NCBI GenBank assembly: GCA_963702875.1
Contig: OY969768.1
Coordinates: 875,876-939,875, forward strand
Direction of reading: 5' to 3'
Length of the DNA stretch: 64,000 nt
Source: an uncultured Solirubrobacterales bacterium
Lineage (GTDB): Bacteria > Actinomycetota > Thermoleophilia > Solirubrobacterales > Solirubrobacteraceae
Part shown: in pieces, positions 18,914-27,032 of the stretch
Layout: each line of letters starts with the position of its first letter
Position numbering within the stretch: position 1 is the stretch's first letter
The notes under the pieces: generated by a model
Seen by the model: only the letters and a program-made list of their open reading frames with translations
Database searches by the model: none
Told to the model about the DNA's origin: nothing
Made by a program: the position numbers and the translations under genes

Positions 18914-19150
18914 GTTGTCTCCTTCGTTCCGTCGTTGGAGCCTCCCGGCCAGGCCTCTCCAAGGCTCAGCGTAGCTCATTAAACATGTGCTGGCTGACCG
19001 GCCAGTTGAAGCTGGCCGATCGGCAGCCGAATGTGGCTGACCCGAGCGATCGAATCGCGATTGCGCCCATCTCGACGCGCCGGTACCGTGCCGTCTCCAA
19101 CGTACATGCGCGGAGGGGCAGCGCCCGCGCTGGAATCCAAGGAGGACGGT

Positions 19151-19822
19151 GTGTCAACTTTCGCTCTCGGTGGGCCCGGTCGACGGCGGCTCATAGCGGC
19201 CCCCTTCCGACGGCAGCTCGCGGGGGCCCACCGACGGCAGCTCGCGGCGGTCGGTCCCCGTCGGCTCGCAATGCGCCCGTGGCGGTTGCTGTCGCCCCGG
19301 GTCGTGGGTGCGCTCCTCGGCGCGTCGGCGATGGCCTGGTTCTGCATGGTGCCGGTCGCCGGGGCGGCGCCGACGCACCGCAAGGTCAAGGTCGTCAGCG
19401 AGAGCGCGAAGTCACATGGCGTCGCCGTGACGTTGTCCTGTGGCGCCAGGGCCAGCGCCGATTGCGCCGGCAACGTGGCGCTGACGACGGTCCCGCGGGG
19501 AAGCAGCTCGAACCTGGCGACCGCGTCGAACCTGGCGACCGCGTCCTTCTCGCGCGGGCGCGGGCGCGGGCGCGGCTACGGCGGCTCGGCCGGCGAACGT
19601 CGCCGCGCGTCGCTCGCCGCACACGGGAAGCTCGTCGTCGGGCTGAAGAACTACAAGCTCGCGCCGGGACATCAGCGAATGCTGTTCGTCGCGCTCAACA
19701 GCCTCGGCCGCCAGCTGTTGCGTGAGGCCGGCAAGCTGCACGTGGCGGTCGAGGTGGCGCAGACCTTCGCCAACAAGACGGTCACCGTCTCGATCCGGCG
19801 CCTGGAGATCAAGAAGGGGTAG
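19151..19822 (+). CDS. Hypothetical secreted protein
   Basis: GTG at 19151 is preceded by AAGGAGGA; an alternative ATG is at 19271 (MRPWRLLSPRVVGALLGASAMA). Contains an SNLATA SNLATA duplication and an RGRGRGRG tract. Its C-terminal Cys-x-Cys module is shared with 52562..54133. Confidence 0.5.
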   Translation: MSTFALGGPGRRRLIAAPFRRQLAGAHRRQLAAVGPRRLAMRPWRLLSPRVVGALLGASAMAWFCMVPVAGAAPTHRKVKVVSESAKSHGVAVTLSCGARASADCAGNVALTTVPRGSSSNLATASNLATASFSRGRGRGRGYGGSAGERRRASLAAHGKLVVGLKNYKLAPGHQRMLFVALNSLGRQLLREAGKLHVAVEVAQTFANKTVTVSIRRLEIKKG

Positions 19823-19830
19823 CGCCAATA

Positions 19831-19859
19831 GAGAAGCCCCGCCGGGGGCGGGGCTTCTC
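19831..19859. terminator. Hairpin shared by convergent transcripts (hypothetical gene and rnpB)
   Basis: GAGAAGCCCCGCC-GGG-GGCGGGGCTTCTC; 13-bp perfect stem. Confidence 0.6.
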
Positions 19860-19861
19860 CG

Positions 19862-20195
19862 TAGCAGGCCTATAAGCCGGATCTTGTCGAGAGCAGTCAT
19901 CCATCTACGCGGCCTACCCGGACCTTGGCGGGTCACCTGCAAACGGTCCTGCTTGGCCTAGCATCAGGTGGGGTTTGCCTGGCCGCCGCGTCACCGCGAC
20001 GCCGGTGCGCTCTTACCGCACCATTTCACCCTTACCGGCCTGGAGCTCTGCAGCGGCCCCAGGCTTAGGCGGTGTCATTTCTGTGGCACTTTCCCGCGGG
20101 TTTCCCCGGGTCGGCGTTACCGACCACCTTGCCCTTTGATGTCCGGACTTTCCTCGAAGGCGGTTCCACCTCCGCGACTGCTCAGCCTGCGTCGC
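19862..20195 (-). ncRNA. rnpB: RNase P RNA (bacterial type A); ends approximate
   Basis: The reverse strand contains GAGGAAAGTCCGGAC (20141-20156) and, near the 3-prime end, ACAAGATCCGGCTTAT. GCAGGC/GCCTGC can pair as P1. Confidence 0.8.
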
Positions 20196-20275
20196 AAAGC
20201 ATAGCCCCGGATCGGCCGGCCGATGGTCGTCGCGCGTCGCGGCGGTCGCGCCACGCCGAGCGACGCTGCCCAGCT

Positions 20276-20491
20276 CTAGCTCAGGGTCGAGCCGCAGCTG
20301 TCGCAGCGACCGCTGATCGGTCGCGCATGCACGCCGTATTCAGGGTGCATCTGTCCGCCGCAGACCGGACAGGGGACGAGTTCGTGAGCGGTGAGCCCCT
20401 CCCAAACACCGGCCAGCAGATCGGCCAGCGTGGACTCACCACCCACTCCCTCGCAAGCGACGGGAGCTCTCGTGGCGAGCGCCATGCTCAT
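20276..20491 (-). CDS. Small zinc-ribbon protein
   Basis: 71 aa with CPVCGG...CDSCGS. Lies 14 nt downstream of lexA on the same strand. Confidence 0.5.
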   Translation of the reverse strand: MSMALATRAPVACEGVGGESTLADLLAGVWEGLTAHELVPCPVCGGQMHPEYGVHARPISGRCDSCGSTLS

Positions 20492-20504
20492 GCCGGGCTC
20501 CCGA

Positions 20505-21116
20505 TCAAGTGATGCTCCTCATCAATCCGACGACCTTGCCGAGCACGCGCACGTCGCGGCTGCGGATCGGATCCATCGTCTCGTTCTCAGGCTGCAGGCG
20601 CACGTGGTCGGCCTCCTGGAAGAAGCGCTTGACGGTCGCCTCCTCCCCCACCAGCGCCACGACGATGTCACCGTCGGTCGCCGTCTCCTGCGGCCTGACG
20701 ACGACCAGGTCGCCCTCGATGATCCCGATGTTCTTCATCGACTCGCCGCGCACGCGGAGCAGGTACTCGCCATCCTCGCCGCCCGCATAAGTCGGCGTCT
20801 GGACGTAATCCTCGATGTTCTCCTCAGCGAGCACCGGCTGGCCCGCGGCCACCTGCCCGACAAGCGGCAGCCCCGGCTTGACGAAGCTCCGCATGCCGGC
20901 GGCCGCACGATCGAGCAGCTCGATCGCCCGCGGCTTCGACGGGTCGCGTCGCAACAGCCCGATCCGCTCGAGATTGGCGAGGTGCGCGTGAACGGTCGAG
21001 GACGACGCAAGACCGACCGCCTTGCCGATATCCCGGACCGTCGGCGGATACCCGTACCTGGCCGAGTAGCGCTTGATGAAGTCGAAGATCTCCTGTTGAC
21101 GCTTGGTCAGGTCCAT
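20505..21116 (-). CDS. lexA: LexA repressor
   Basis: MDLTKRQQEIFDFIKRY...YPPTVRDIGKAVGLASSSTVHAHL; cleavage region VAAGQP; S24 domain GESMKNIGIIEGDLVVV. Confidence 0.92.
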   Translation of the reverse strand: MDLTKRQQEIFDFIKRYSARYGYPPTVRDIGKAVGLASSSTVHAHLANLERIGLLRRDPSKPRAIELLDRAAAGMRSFVKPGLPLVGQVAAGQPVLAEENIEDYVQTPTYAGGEDGEYLLRVRGESMKNIGIIEGDLVVVRPQETATDGDIVVALVGEEATVKRFFQEADHVRLQPENETMDPIRSRDVRVLGKVVGLMRSIT

Positions 21117-21157
21117 CCGTCCACTCCTTGCTCGGTTTCCCTCGGTGGGCCAGCTAC

Positions 21158-21173
21158 GTCGAACATGTGTTCG
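21158..21173. promoter_or_regulatory. SOS (LexA) box
   Basis: TCGAACATGTGTTCGG, 42 nt upstream of the lexA start. Matches the Gram-positive/actinobacterial GAAC-N4-GTTC consensus. Confidence 0.75.
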
Positions 21174-21390
21174 GAAATCTAGCGCCGGGGGCGGACGGAC
21201 TCAAGGGCACGCCGCAGGCCATCGCTCAACTTCCTGCCGAGTCGGCGCCGACGAAGCCCCCGCAAAAGCCGGCGAAACCGGGGCGTGCGCACCGTTCGTG
21301 GGTCGGAGGTCAGGTCCCGCGTACGCACGGGCCGCGGACCGCTCCGAGCGATCCCGTGGGAAGCCTGCCGAGGCTATACTGGCCGGCCCA

Positions 21391-21476
<86 letters not shown>

Positions 21477-21480
21477 CTGG

Positions 21481-21504
21481 GAAAGCCCCGCTAGCGGGGC
21501 TTTC
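21481..21504 (+). terminator. Hairpin immediately after tRNA-Leu
   Basis: GAAAGCCCCGC-TA-GCGGGGCTTTC followed by TTCGG. Confidence 0.55.
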
Positions 21505-22254
21505 TTCGGTCCAAGCGGTTCAGGTCTGAGGAAGCGGCATGCGCCTATGACGAGACAACGGACCCAGGTCTTGGCCCGCCCTTGATGTCCGCCGGCGCGG
21601 TGGGCGTTGTTCGGCGGCATGCCGAGCTCGGCTCGCTCCAACTGTCCTGCCGCCCGCACCACTGTCGACGGGTGGTCGAGCTTCGGATACTCCTGCTCTT
21701 CGCTGGCTTAGCGGCAGTCCGCGACAACCGCGCGCCTGTCTCCGGGCAGACTCGGCAGTCCGGGTGCCAAAACGCTGCTGCTGCGGCTTTGATGGCGCGA
21801 CGAGCATCCCGCCTACACGACGGTCTCGGGCACTCCGAGGACGCCCGGCGTAACGAGCGGCCGCTGGTCTCGAGCGATCTTCTCGCTGGAAGGACCGTTC
21901 GGGCGGATCAACCGATGTGGACGATGCCCGGCGGGGCGGCGTTCGACGGTGGGCGCGCGTAGACAGGCTCCTGAGCAATACAGCGAGTCGCCACCAGCGA
22001 GGTGCGCCAATGACCGGAGCAGTGAAACTGAGCGATGGAACCGAACTGGTCGTGGAGGCGACCTAGCCGAGTGCGAGGGCATGCTTCAAAGAGCCACCAA
22101 GTACGGCTCCTTGCTCGAGATCGAGTACCCCGACGACGGTCACATCATCGCGGTCACTCCTCAGGGGGTTCAGTAGTTCGTGGAGGATCAGACGGGCTAG
22201 GTCCGACCTTCGGCTCGACGCTGTGGACAGGCGGGCTCGGGCGCCGTGAGCCGG

Positions 22255-22659
22255 TCAGCGGAAGGCATCCGCGAGCTCGATGCCGGCGGAACGGGTGCCG
22301 CGGCGAACGCGCTGATCGAACGACGCGACGCTGGCGTGGTGGGCACGCGCCGTTGCCAGCGCGAACCCGTCGGCGAGACTGATGTTCAATCCGCGCAGAC
22401 GCGCGGCGTCCCGGGCAATCGCAGGCGTCGGAGCGCTCAGCTGGATGCCGAGCGCGTCGATCGCTGCGACGGCGGCGCGCAGCGTTGACCCGTTCTCGGC
22501 GGGCCGCACGAGCGTCTCGGCGTAGTTGATCATCGACAGTAGGAGAGCGACTTCCTCTGCGAGCATGCTGCGGATTGCCCGCGCCGCTCTCTGGTGGTGT
22601 GCGTCGGCGCGATCAAGTGCAGCTATGACGACGTCCGTGTCGAGGACGCAGACTCTCAC
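22255..22659 (-). CDS. vapC: PIN-domain toxin
   Basis: MRVCVLDTDVVIAAL..., acidic residues in a PIN-like arrangement, 134 aa. Overlaps the antitoxin gene by 4 nt. Confidence 0.75.
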   Translation of the reverse strand: MRVCVLDTDVVIAALDRADAHHQRAARAIRSMLAEEVALLLSMINYAETLVRPAENGSTLRAAVAAIDALGIQLSAPTPAIARDAARLRGLNISLADGFALATARAHHASVASFDQRVRRGTRSAGIELADAFR

Positions 22660-22874
22660 GTTCGCTCTTCGCGACGCAGGTTTTCCAGGTAGTCCGGTTC
22701 GAATAGCCCATCGAACAGCCCGAGGGCCTTGTCGAGGTTGTGACTGGCGCGGCGCACGACAATCGTGTCCGGTCCCTGAGCTTCGATCGTCACCTCGTCC
22801 CCGGCCCTGAGGCCCGCGCTGGCCAGGCTGTCAACCGGAAGCGTGATCTGGTGCTTGCTGGAAATCCGCGGCAT
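22656..22874 (-). CDS. vapB: AbrB/SpoVT-type antitoxin
   Basis: MPRISSKHQITLPVDSLASAGLRAGDEVTIEA (SpoVT/AbrB swapped-hairpin signature); 72 aa. Confidence 0.7.
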   Translation of the reverse strand: MPRISSKHQITLPVDSLASAGLRAGDEVTIEAQGPDTIVVRRASHNLDKALGLFDGLFEPDYLENLRREERT

Positions 22875-22875
22875 T

Positions 22876-22895
22876 CCTTTACCATATCGTAAAGG
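22876..22895. promoter_or_regulatory. Palindrome abutting the vapB start; candidate autoregulatory operator
   Basis: CCTTTAC-CATATC-GTAAAGG, 2 nt upstream of the vapB ATG. Confidence 0.4.
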
Positions 22896-23406
22896 CATCT
22901 GGGGATTCGCGATCAGATCGCCGCCTGGAAGGAGCGACCAGCGGCCTGTTCCAGCGGCTGGTGCTCGAGCTTCTAGAGATCGACGGTCGCTAGGACGTCG
23001 GTTCTGTCGGGTCGTTCTCGGCTGTCTCCACTTGCGCGGCTCCGCGATTGACGCCTCCCGGACCACCGCCGGCTGGCTTGCGGCCGCTTCGAAATCAGAA
23101 GCAACTGGCGCGGGCGGCCACGGCCCCACCCGCAAACGTGACCTCAGCGCAGCGCCTAACGAAAGTCCTCGCTCCGCTCGCCAAGCGGACGATCCTTCGC
23201 GCGACTCGGCCCGCTGGTCCCGGCGCGTCCGCCACCGAGGTCGGGACCACCCAGATCGCGCCGGTCGCGATCGCCGTGCTCACCGCCTACCTCGCGCCCC
23301 AAGCGCCTTGGGGTCGGGGGGACTTGGGGAGGCAGCGAAAGCTCGGGGGTGGTCTCATCCTTTTTGGCCGATGTGCGTGCGTCGCGCTGCGGCATAGCCT
23401 GTTGCC

Positions 23407-23856
23407 ATGGAACCAGGCAACAGGATGGACATATCAACGCATCGCAGGGGTCGCGCCGCGAGGCGCATTGCAGTCGCGACGGTAGCCGCCGGCACGCTGA
23501 TCGCGCTCGCCGGTTGTGGCAGCAGCAGCAAGCCGGCGTACTGCACTGATCGCACCAACCTCGAGAACTCAATCAAGAACCTGCCGAGCGTCACCTCCAG
23601 CAGCGGCGTCAGCGGCCTGAAGTCACAGATCACAACGATCGCGAGCGATGCCACCTCGGTAGTCAACTCGGCTAAGAGCGACTTCCCGAGTCAGACCAGC
23701 GCCGTCAAGACGTCGGTCGACACGCTCCAGAACGCCGTCAAGGCACTACCGTCGAGCCCTTCGGTCAGTCAGATCGCCGCGATCGGACTCGACGCCAAGA
23801 CCGTCGTGAGCTCGGTCACGAGCTTCACCGACGCCACTAAGTCGAAGTGCAGCTGA
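23407..23856 (+). CDS. Small lipoprotein
   Basis: Lipobox LIALAGCGSSS; Ser/Thr/Ala-rich helical body; Cys near each end of the mature part. Confidence 0.6.
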   Translation: MEPGNRMDISTHRRGRAARRIAVATVAAGTLIALAGCGSSSKPAYCTDRTNLENSIKNLPSVTSSSGVSGLKSQITTIASDATSVVNSAKSDFPSQTSAVKTSVDTLQNAVKALPSSPSVSQIAAIGLDAKTVVSSVTSFTDATKSKCS

Positions 23857-24058
23857 CACGTAAGTCCGCCACTGCGGGTCGGGGTGTTAGCCAACGCGAC
23901 GCTTGGCATCGTTGCCCTGGCACCGGCCCGGCTCGACCGGTTGGTCGTGCTCGGTGGGACCACGAGCGCGGGCAGGACTACCCGAAAGCGATCCGATGGC
24001 GAATGCCCTCGATTGGGTGCCTTCATGTGCTTTCGACACCGGGAGCGTGCCGCGAGGA

Positions 24059-24616
24059 ATGAAACGGCCACGCACGATCGAGCGCCGTATGAACCGGTTC
24101 CTACGCGAGCCGATTTCGGTGCGCAACGCGGCGAGCGTGATCGTGTTGGGGACGTTCATCGTCGTGGTCGTCGGCGGGATCGCGATCAGAGCGATCGACC
24201 ATCGCGAGTACTCGAGCATCTGGGAGGGCATGTGGTGGTCCCTGCAGACGGTCACGACAGTCGGGTACGGAGACGTGACGCCCAAGGACGCGGCCGGCAA
24301 GATCGTCGGCGCGGTGGTGATGCTCGAGGGGATAGCGTTCCTGGCGATCGTCACTGCAGCGATCACCTCGACGTTCGTGACCCGCGCGCAGCGCGAGCAG
24401 AAGTCCGGAGAGCCGGCCGGGAGGACCGACGCGGACGCACCAATCGACCCACGGGCGGACGCACCAACCGACCCACGGGCGGACGCACCAACCGACCCAC
24501 GGGCGGACGCACCAGCCGACCCACAGGCGGACGCACCAGCCGACCCACAGCTCAAACAGATCGCCGCGCGGCTCGAGCGAGTCGAGTCGCTACTGCTTGA
24601 GCTCACGAGACGGTGA
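24059..24616 (+). CDS. Two-TM (KcsA-like) potassium channel with a repeat-containing C-terminal tail
   Basis: Selectivity filter TVGYGD flanked by two TM helices. ATG 24059 (MKRPRTIERR) was chosen; alternatives are 23996 and 23903. Confidence 0.75.
   Translation: MKRPRTIERRMNRFLREPISVRNAASVIVLGTFIVVVVGGIAIRAIDHREYSSIWEGMWWSLQTVTTVGYGDVTPKDAAGKIVGAVVMLEGIAFLAIVTAAITSTFVTRAQREQKSGEPAGRTDADAPIDPRADAPTDPRADAPTDPRADAPADPQADAPADPQLKQIAARLERVESLLLELTRR
24431..24550 (+). repeat. 5 x 24-nt in-frame tandem repeat inside the channel gene
   Basis: Unit GCGGACGCACCAA(T/C/G)CGACCCAC(G/A)G, encoding ADAP(I/T/A)DP(R/Q) five times. Confidence 0.9.
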
Positions 24617-24741
24617 ATTCCATCGGCGCCGGGCTCAAGTCCGCGGGCGCCTCGAGCGCTCACCGGCTTCGGCCCACGCCTCTCGCGCGTGTGCATCTCG
24701 TCCAAAAAGGATGATTCCCAAACGCGTGGCCTTCCGCGATA

Positions 24742-25089
24742 TTGATCTCTATGGCGCAAGCGCCGAAACTGTTCGAACTCAACCGAGAAAGGCTCAACGT
24801 TCCGCCCGGGCTCATGTTGATCGGGGTTCTACTTGGGCCGGCATCATACTTTCCGCGCTCGACAAGCCGCAGTATCTGCTCAGCGCCGCGCTCTAGGGTG
24901 GTGTTGGTGGGCCCGAGCGATGCGCCCATGGAGTTCGAGTTGCCGGCGCGTCGGATGGCAGCGGTCGCGGTGGCAGGTGCGCTCTTGACCGCTCTGGGGT
25001 TTGGCATCGGTGCAGGCGCTTGGCGGATCGTCGCGCTGGCCACGTCGCTGGCAAGTACTCGTGATGCTGCCTCTGGGACGGCAACGTGA
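24742..25089 (+). pseudogene. N-terminal fragment of a FUSC-family membrane protein
   Basis: KLFELNRERLNVPPGLMLIGVLLG and AAVAVAGALLTALGFGIGAGAWRIVALA parallel KKVFEVKWQGFNLRRGAVLGVVLG and AAMAAAGALLTALGFGIGGGPWGFVVLA of the intact paralogue 28675..29772. It stops after ~115 aa. Confidence 0.5.
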
Positions 25090-26171
25090 GCGCTCATCCC
25101 GGCGATCCGAGCTTGCCGCGGTCAGCGGGGGCCAACGACCCCGCGAAGAACGGAACGCCGGTCGCGGATGAGACCGCGCCGAATGACACCTCGCCGCCGA
25201 GCGCCCCGCCGCCGGGCTCGAGAAGCCGGATCAGGCACGGTCTGTCAGAAGGGTGGCAGCTCGCGAAGATTGCCTATCGCGACCCCGAGCATGTCGCCGA
25301 GCGGATCGCGCTGCACAGCACGCAGAGCCTCGGCGAGCCATCTCTGGAGTGGGCACAGCGCGTCCGCAAGGAGCGTGAAGGTGTTCCGCGCGCGGTCATT
25401 GCCGAGCAGTTACGCACCGATAGCGCGAAGATCGCGGCGGTCGATGGGGCCGTCGCCGGGACGCCGTTCCTGGTCGCGCTGATCCCGGGCTATCTGGTGT
25501 ATCTCCGCCAGGAGGCGCGGATGCTGCTGCGCACCGCGGCGCTCTATGACCGCGACCCGCTGGCGCTCGAGACCGCCGCTGAGATGCTGGCGCTTCGCGG
25601 CGTGGACCCGTCGGTCGACGCGGCCCGCTCGGCCCTGCTCGCGGTGCGGGACACACCGCTGCCCGAGAAGCCGGTCGCGCGCCGCCCATGGCGTACGTGG
25701 GTCCGCGCCGTCTACGTGCTGCTGATCTACGGCGGGTTCGTCTCCGCCCCCTCCGACAAGAGCAAGGAGGGGGCCCATCCGTGGGTGAAGACAGGGCTCG
25801 GGTTCCTGACTTTTGCCATCTTCTGGGTCATCACCTGCGTGTTCCCGCTCACCTTCATAATCGCGATGGCCTGGGGTTGCGACAGCAGCGCGCGTGACCT
25901 TGGGCGGCGAGCGCTGATCTTTTACGACAGCGAGCCCGACAGCGCGCAAGCGGCGATCGCCGCCGCCAAACAGCAAAAGGACCTCGGACACAACAAGCGC
26001 CAGATCCTGCGGACCATACTGCTGGTCTTCTCTGTTGCGCTCCCGATCGCATTCGTCGCGTTCGTCGACCACGAGCGCCAGAGCACCGGCATCACCCCGC
26101 TCACCGCCGTCGGCGGCCTCGTCGCGCTCTCACTCGTGATCGCCACCGCCGTCATCGCCACCCGCCGCTAG
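25086..26171 (+). CDS. Hypothetical membrane protein with a Pro-rich N-terminus and several TM helices
   Basis: 361-aa ORF with coding-like composition and hydrophobic segments (FLVALIPGYLVYL, VYVLLIYGGFV, FLTFAIFWVITCVFPLTFIIAMAWG, ILLVFSVALPIAFVAFV). Confidence 0.55.
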   Translation: MSAHPGDPSLPRSAGANDPAKNGTPVADETAPNDTSPPSAPPPGSRSRIRHGLSEGWQLAKIAYRDPEHVAERIALHSTQSLGEPSLEWAQRVRKEREGVPRAVIAEQLRTDSAKIAAVDGAVAGTPFLVALIPGYLVYLRQEARMLLRTAALYDRDPLALETAAEMLALRGVDPSVDAARSALLAVRDTPLPEKPVARRPWRTWVRAVYVLLIYGGFVSAPSDKSKEGAHPWVKTGLGFLTFAIFWVITCVFPLTFIIAMAWGCDSSARDLGRRALIFYDSEPDSAQAAIAAAKQQKDLGHNKRQILRTILLVFSVALPIAFVAFVDHERQSTGITPLTAVGGLVALSLVIATAVIATRR

Positions 26172-26630
26172 GCGCGGCCCCTCGATATGACAGAGCGACC
26201 GAGCGTGGCTGCCACCGCAATCACGGGCTTCGGCCGGGGCAGCACCCAAGTGGGCGATGACCGGTTCCGGCGGCGGCGATGCCACCTGCCATAGGTTCCT
26301 CCCAACCCCCACTAAAAGAAGGGAGCGCCCGAACTGCCTAGGTTTCGCCGAGACTTGGTTGGTCGAGCGAGAAAGACACCGAAGGGCATGCACGACGTGA
26401 ACCAGCTACACGGGTTGGACGCCCCCACACTTGGGGCTCGCCTTGCTGGAGGCGAGGCGACCGACGAGCAGATCCGCTCCTCAAGGTTCGGGCCGAGTTT
26501 GACGATGAGCGACGCGGCGACATCCATACCAGAACGGAGAGCCGCGAGACCCGATCACGATCAGCGCGGCCTCGCCGGCGAGGAGACTCGCCAAGCTCCT
26601 TCAGGAGTTTTGCTTGCTCTTTTTCTTGGG

Positions 26631-27011
26631 TTATTCGTGGCGCCGGGCTCTGATCATTCGGCGACCGATCATGTCGCTGATCGAGGTCGCGATCCAGATG
26701 ATCAGGGTCGCGAACACGTACGTCTGAGCGCCATGAATCGCCAGCCCGCTGACGATCGCGTTGACGATGATCAATGCGACGATCGTCGAAGCGAGGGCCA
26801 GCAGTCCGGCCAGCGCTATCGACGGCTCATGAACCAGCACGCGAAGGGCGATCAGCTGAACCACAAGGTGAACGAGCCAGAAGATGAGGGTTGCCTCAAC
26901 GACAGCCGAAGTGTCGATCGAGAACTTGCTGAGCACCGCGCTCGAGACAAGGATCCCGACCGCGATACCGGCAAGCGAGCTAACGGCTCTGATCCCCCAG
27001 CGAGCCAACAT
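26631..27011 (-). CDS. Four-TM small membrane protein, resembling the phage-holin-4 / mycobacterial 4-TMS holin family
   Basis: 126 aa with four hydrophobic helices and a basic C-terminus (GRRMIRARRHE). Confidence 0.45.
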   Translation of the reverse strand: MLARWGIRAVSSLAGIAVGILVSSAVLSKFSIDTSAVVEATLIFWLVHLVVQLIALRVLVHEPSIALAGLLALASTIVALIIVNAIVSGLAIHGAQTYVFATLIIWIATSISDMIGRRMIRARRHE

Positions 27012-27032
27012 CGGCTGATCCTGACGAACGGG

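Noticed and set aside
19208-19247. The short direct repeat CCGACGGCAGCTCGCGG x2 in the 5-prime region of 19151..19822.
   Set aside because: It may simply encode RRQLAG/RRQLAA in a low-complexity N-terminus, or lie upstream of the real start (19271). It gives no independent signal.
22875-23406. A 530-bp gap between vapB and the lipoprotein gene, examined for a small gene or RNA.
   Set aside because: Apart from the vapB operator palindrome, I found no convincing ORF, hairpin terminator or known RNA motif.
24431-24550. A tandem 24-nt repeat array, which could have been a small CRISPR-like or minisatellite locus.
   Set aside because: The units are contiguous with no spacers, in frame and inside a coding sequence. 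This is a coding tandem repeat, not CRISPR.
26172-26630. A 460-bp gap with a patch of lower GC and ORFs 26312..26527 and 26338..26523.
   Set aside because: The translations are not protein-like, apart from a short KEQAKLLKELGES-like stretch with no start codon. There is not enough evidence for a feature.
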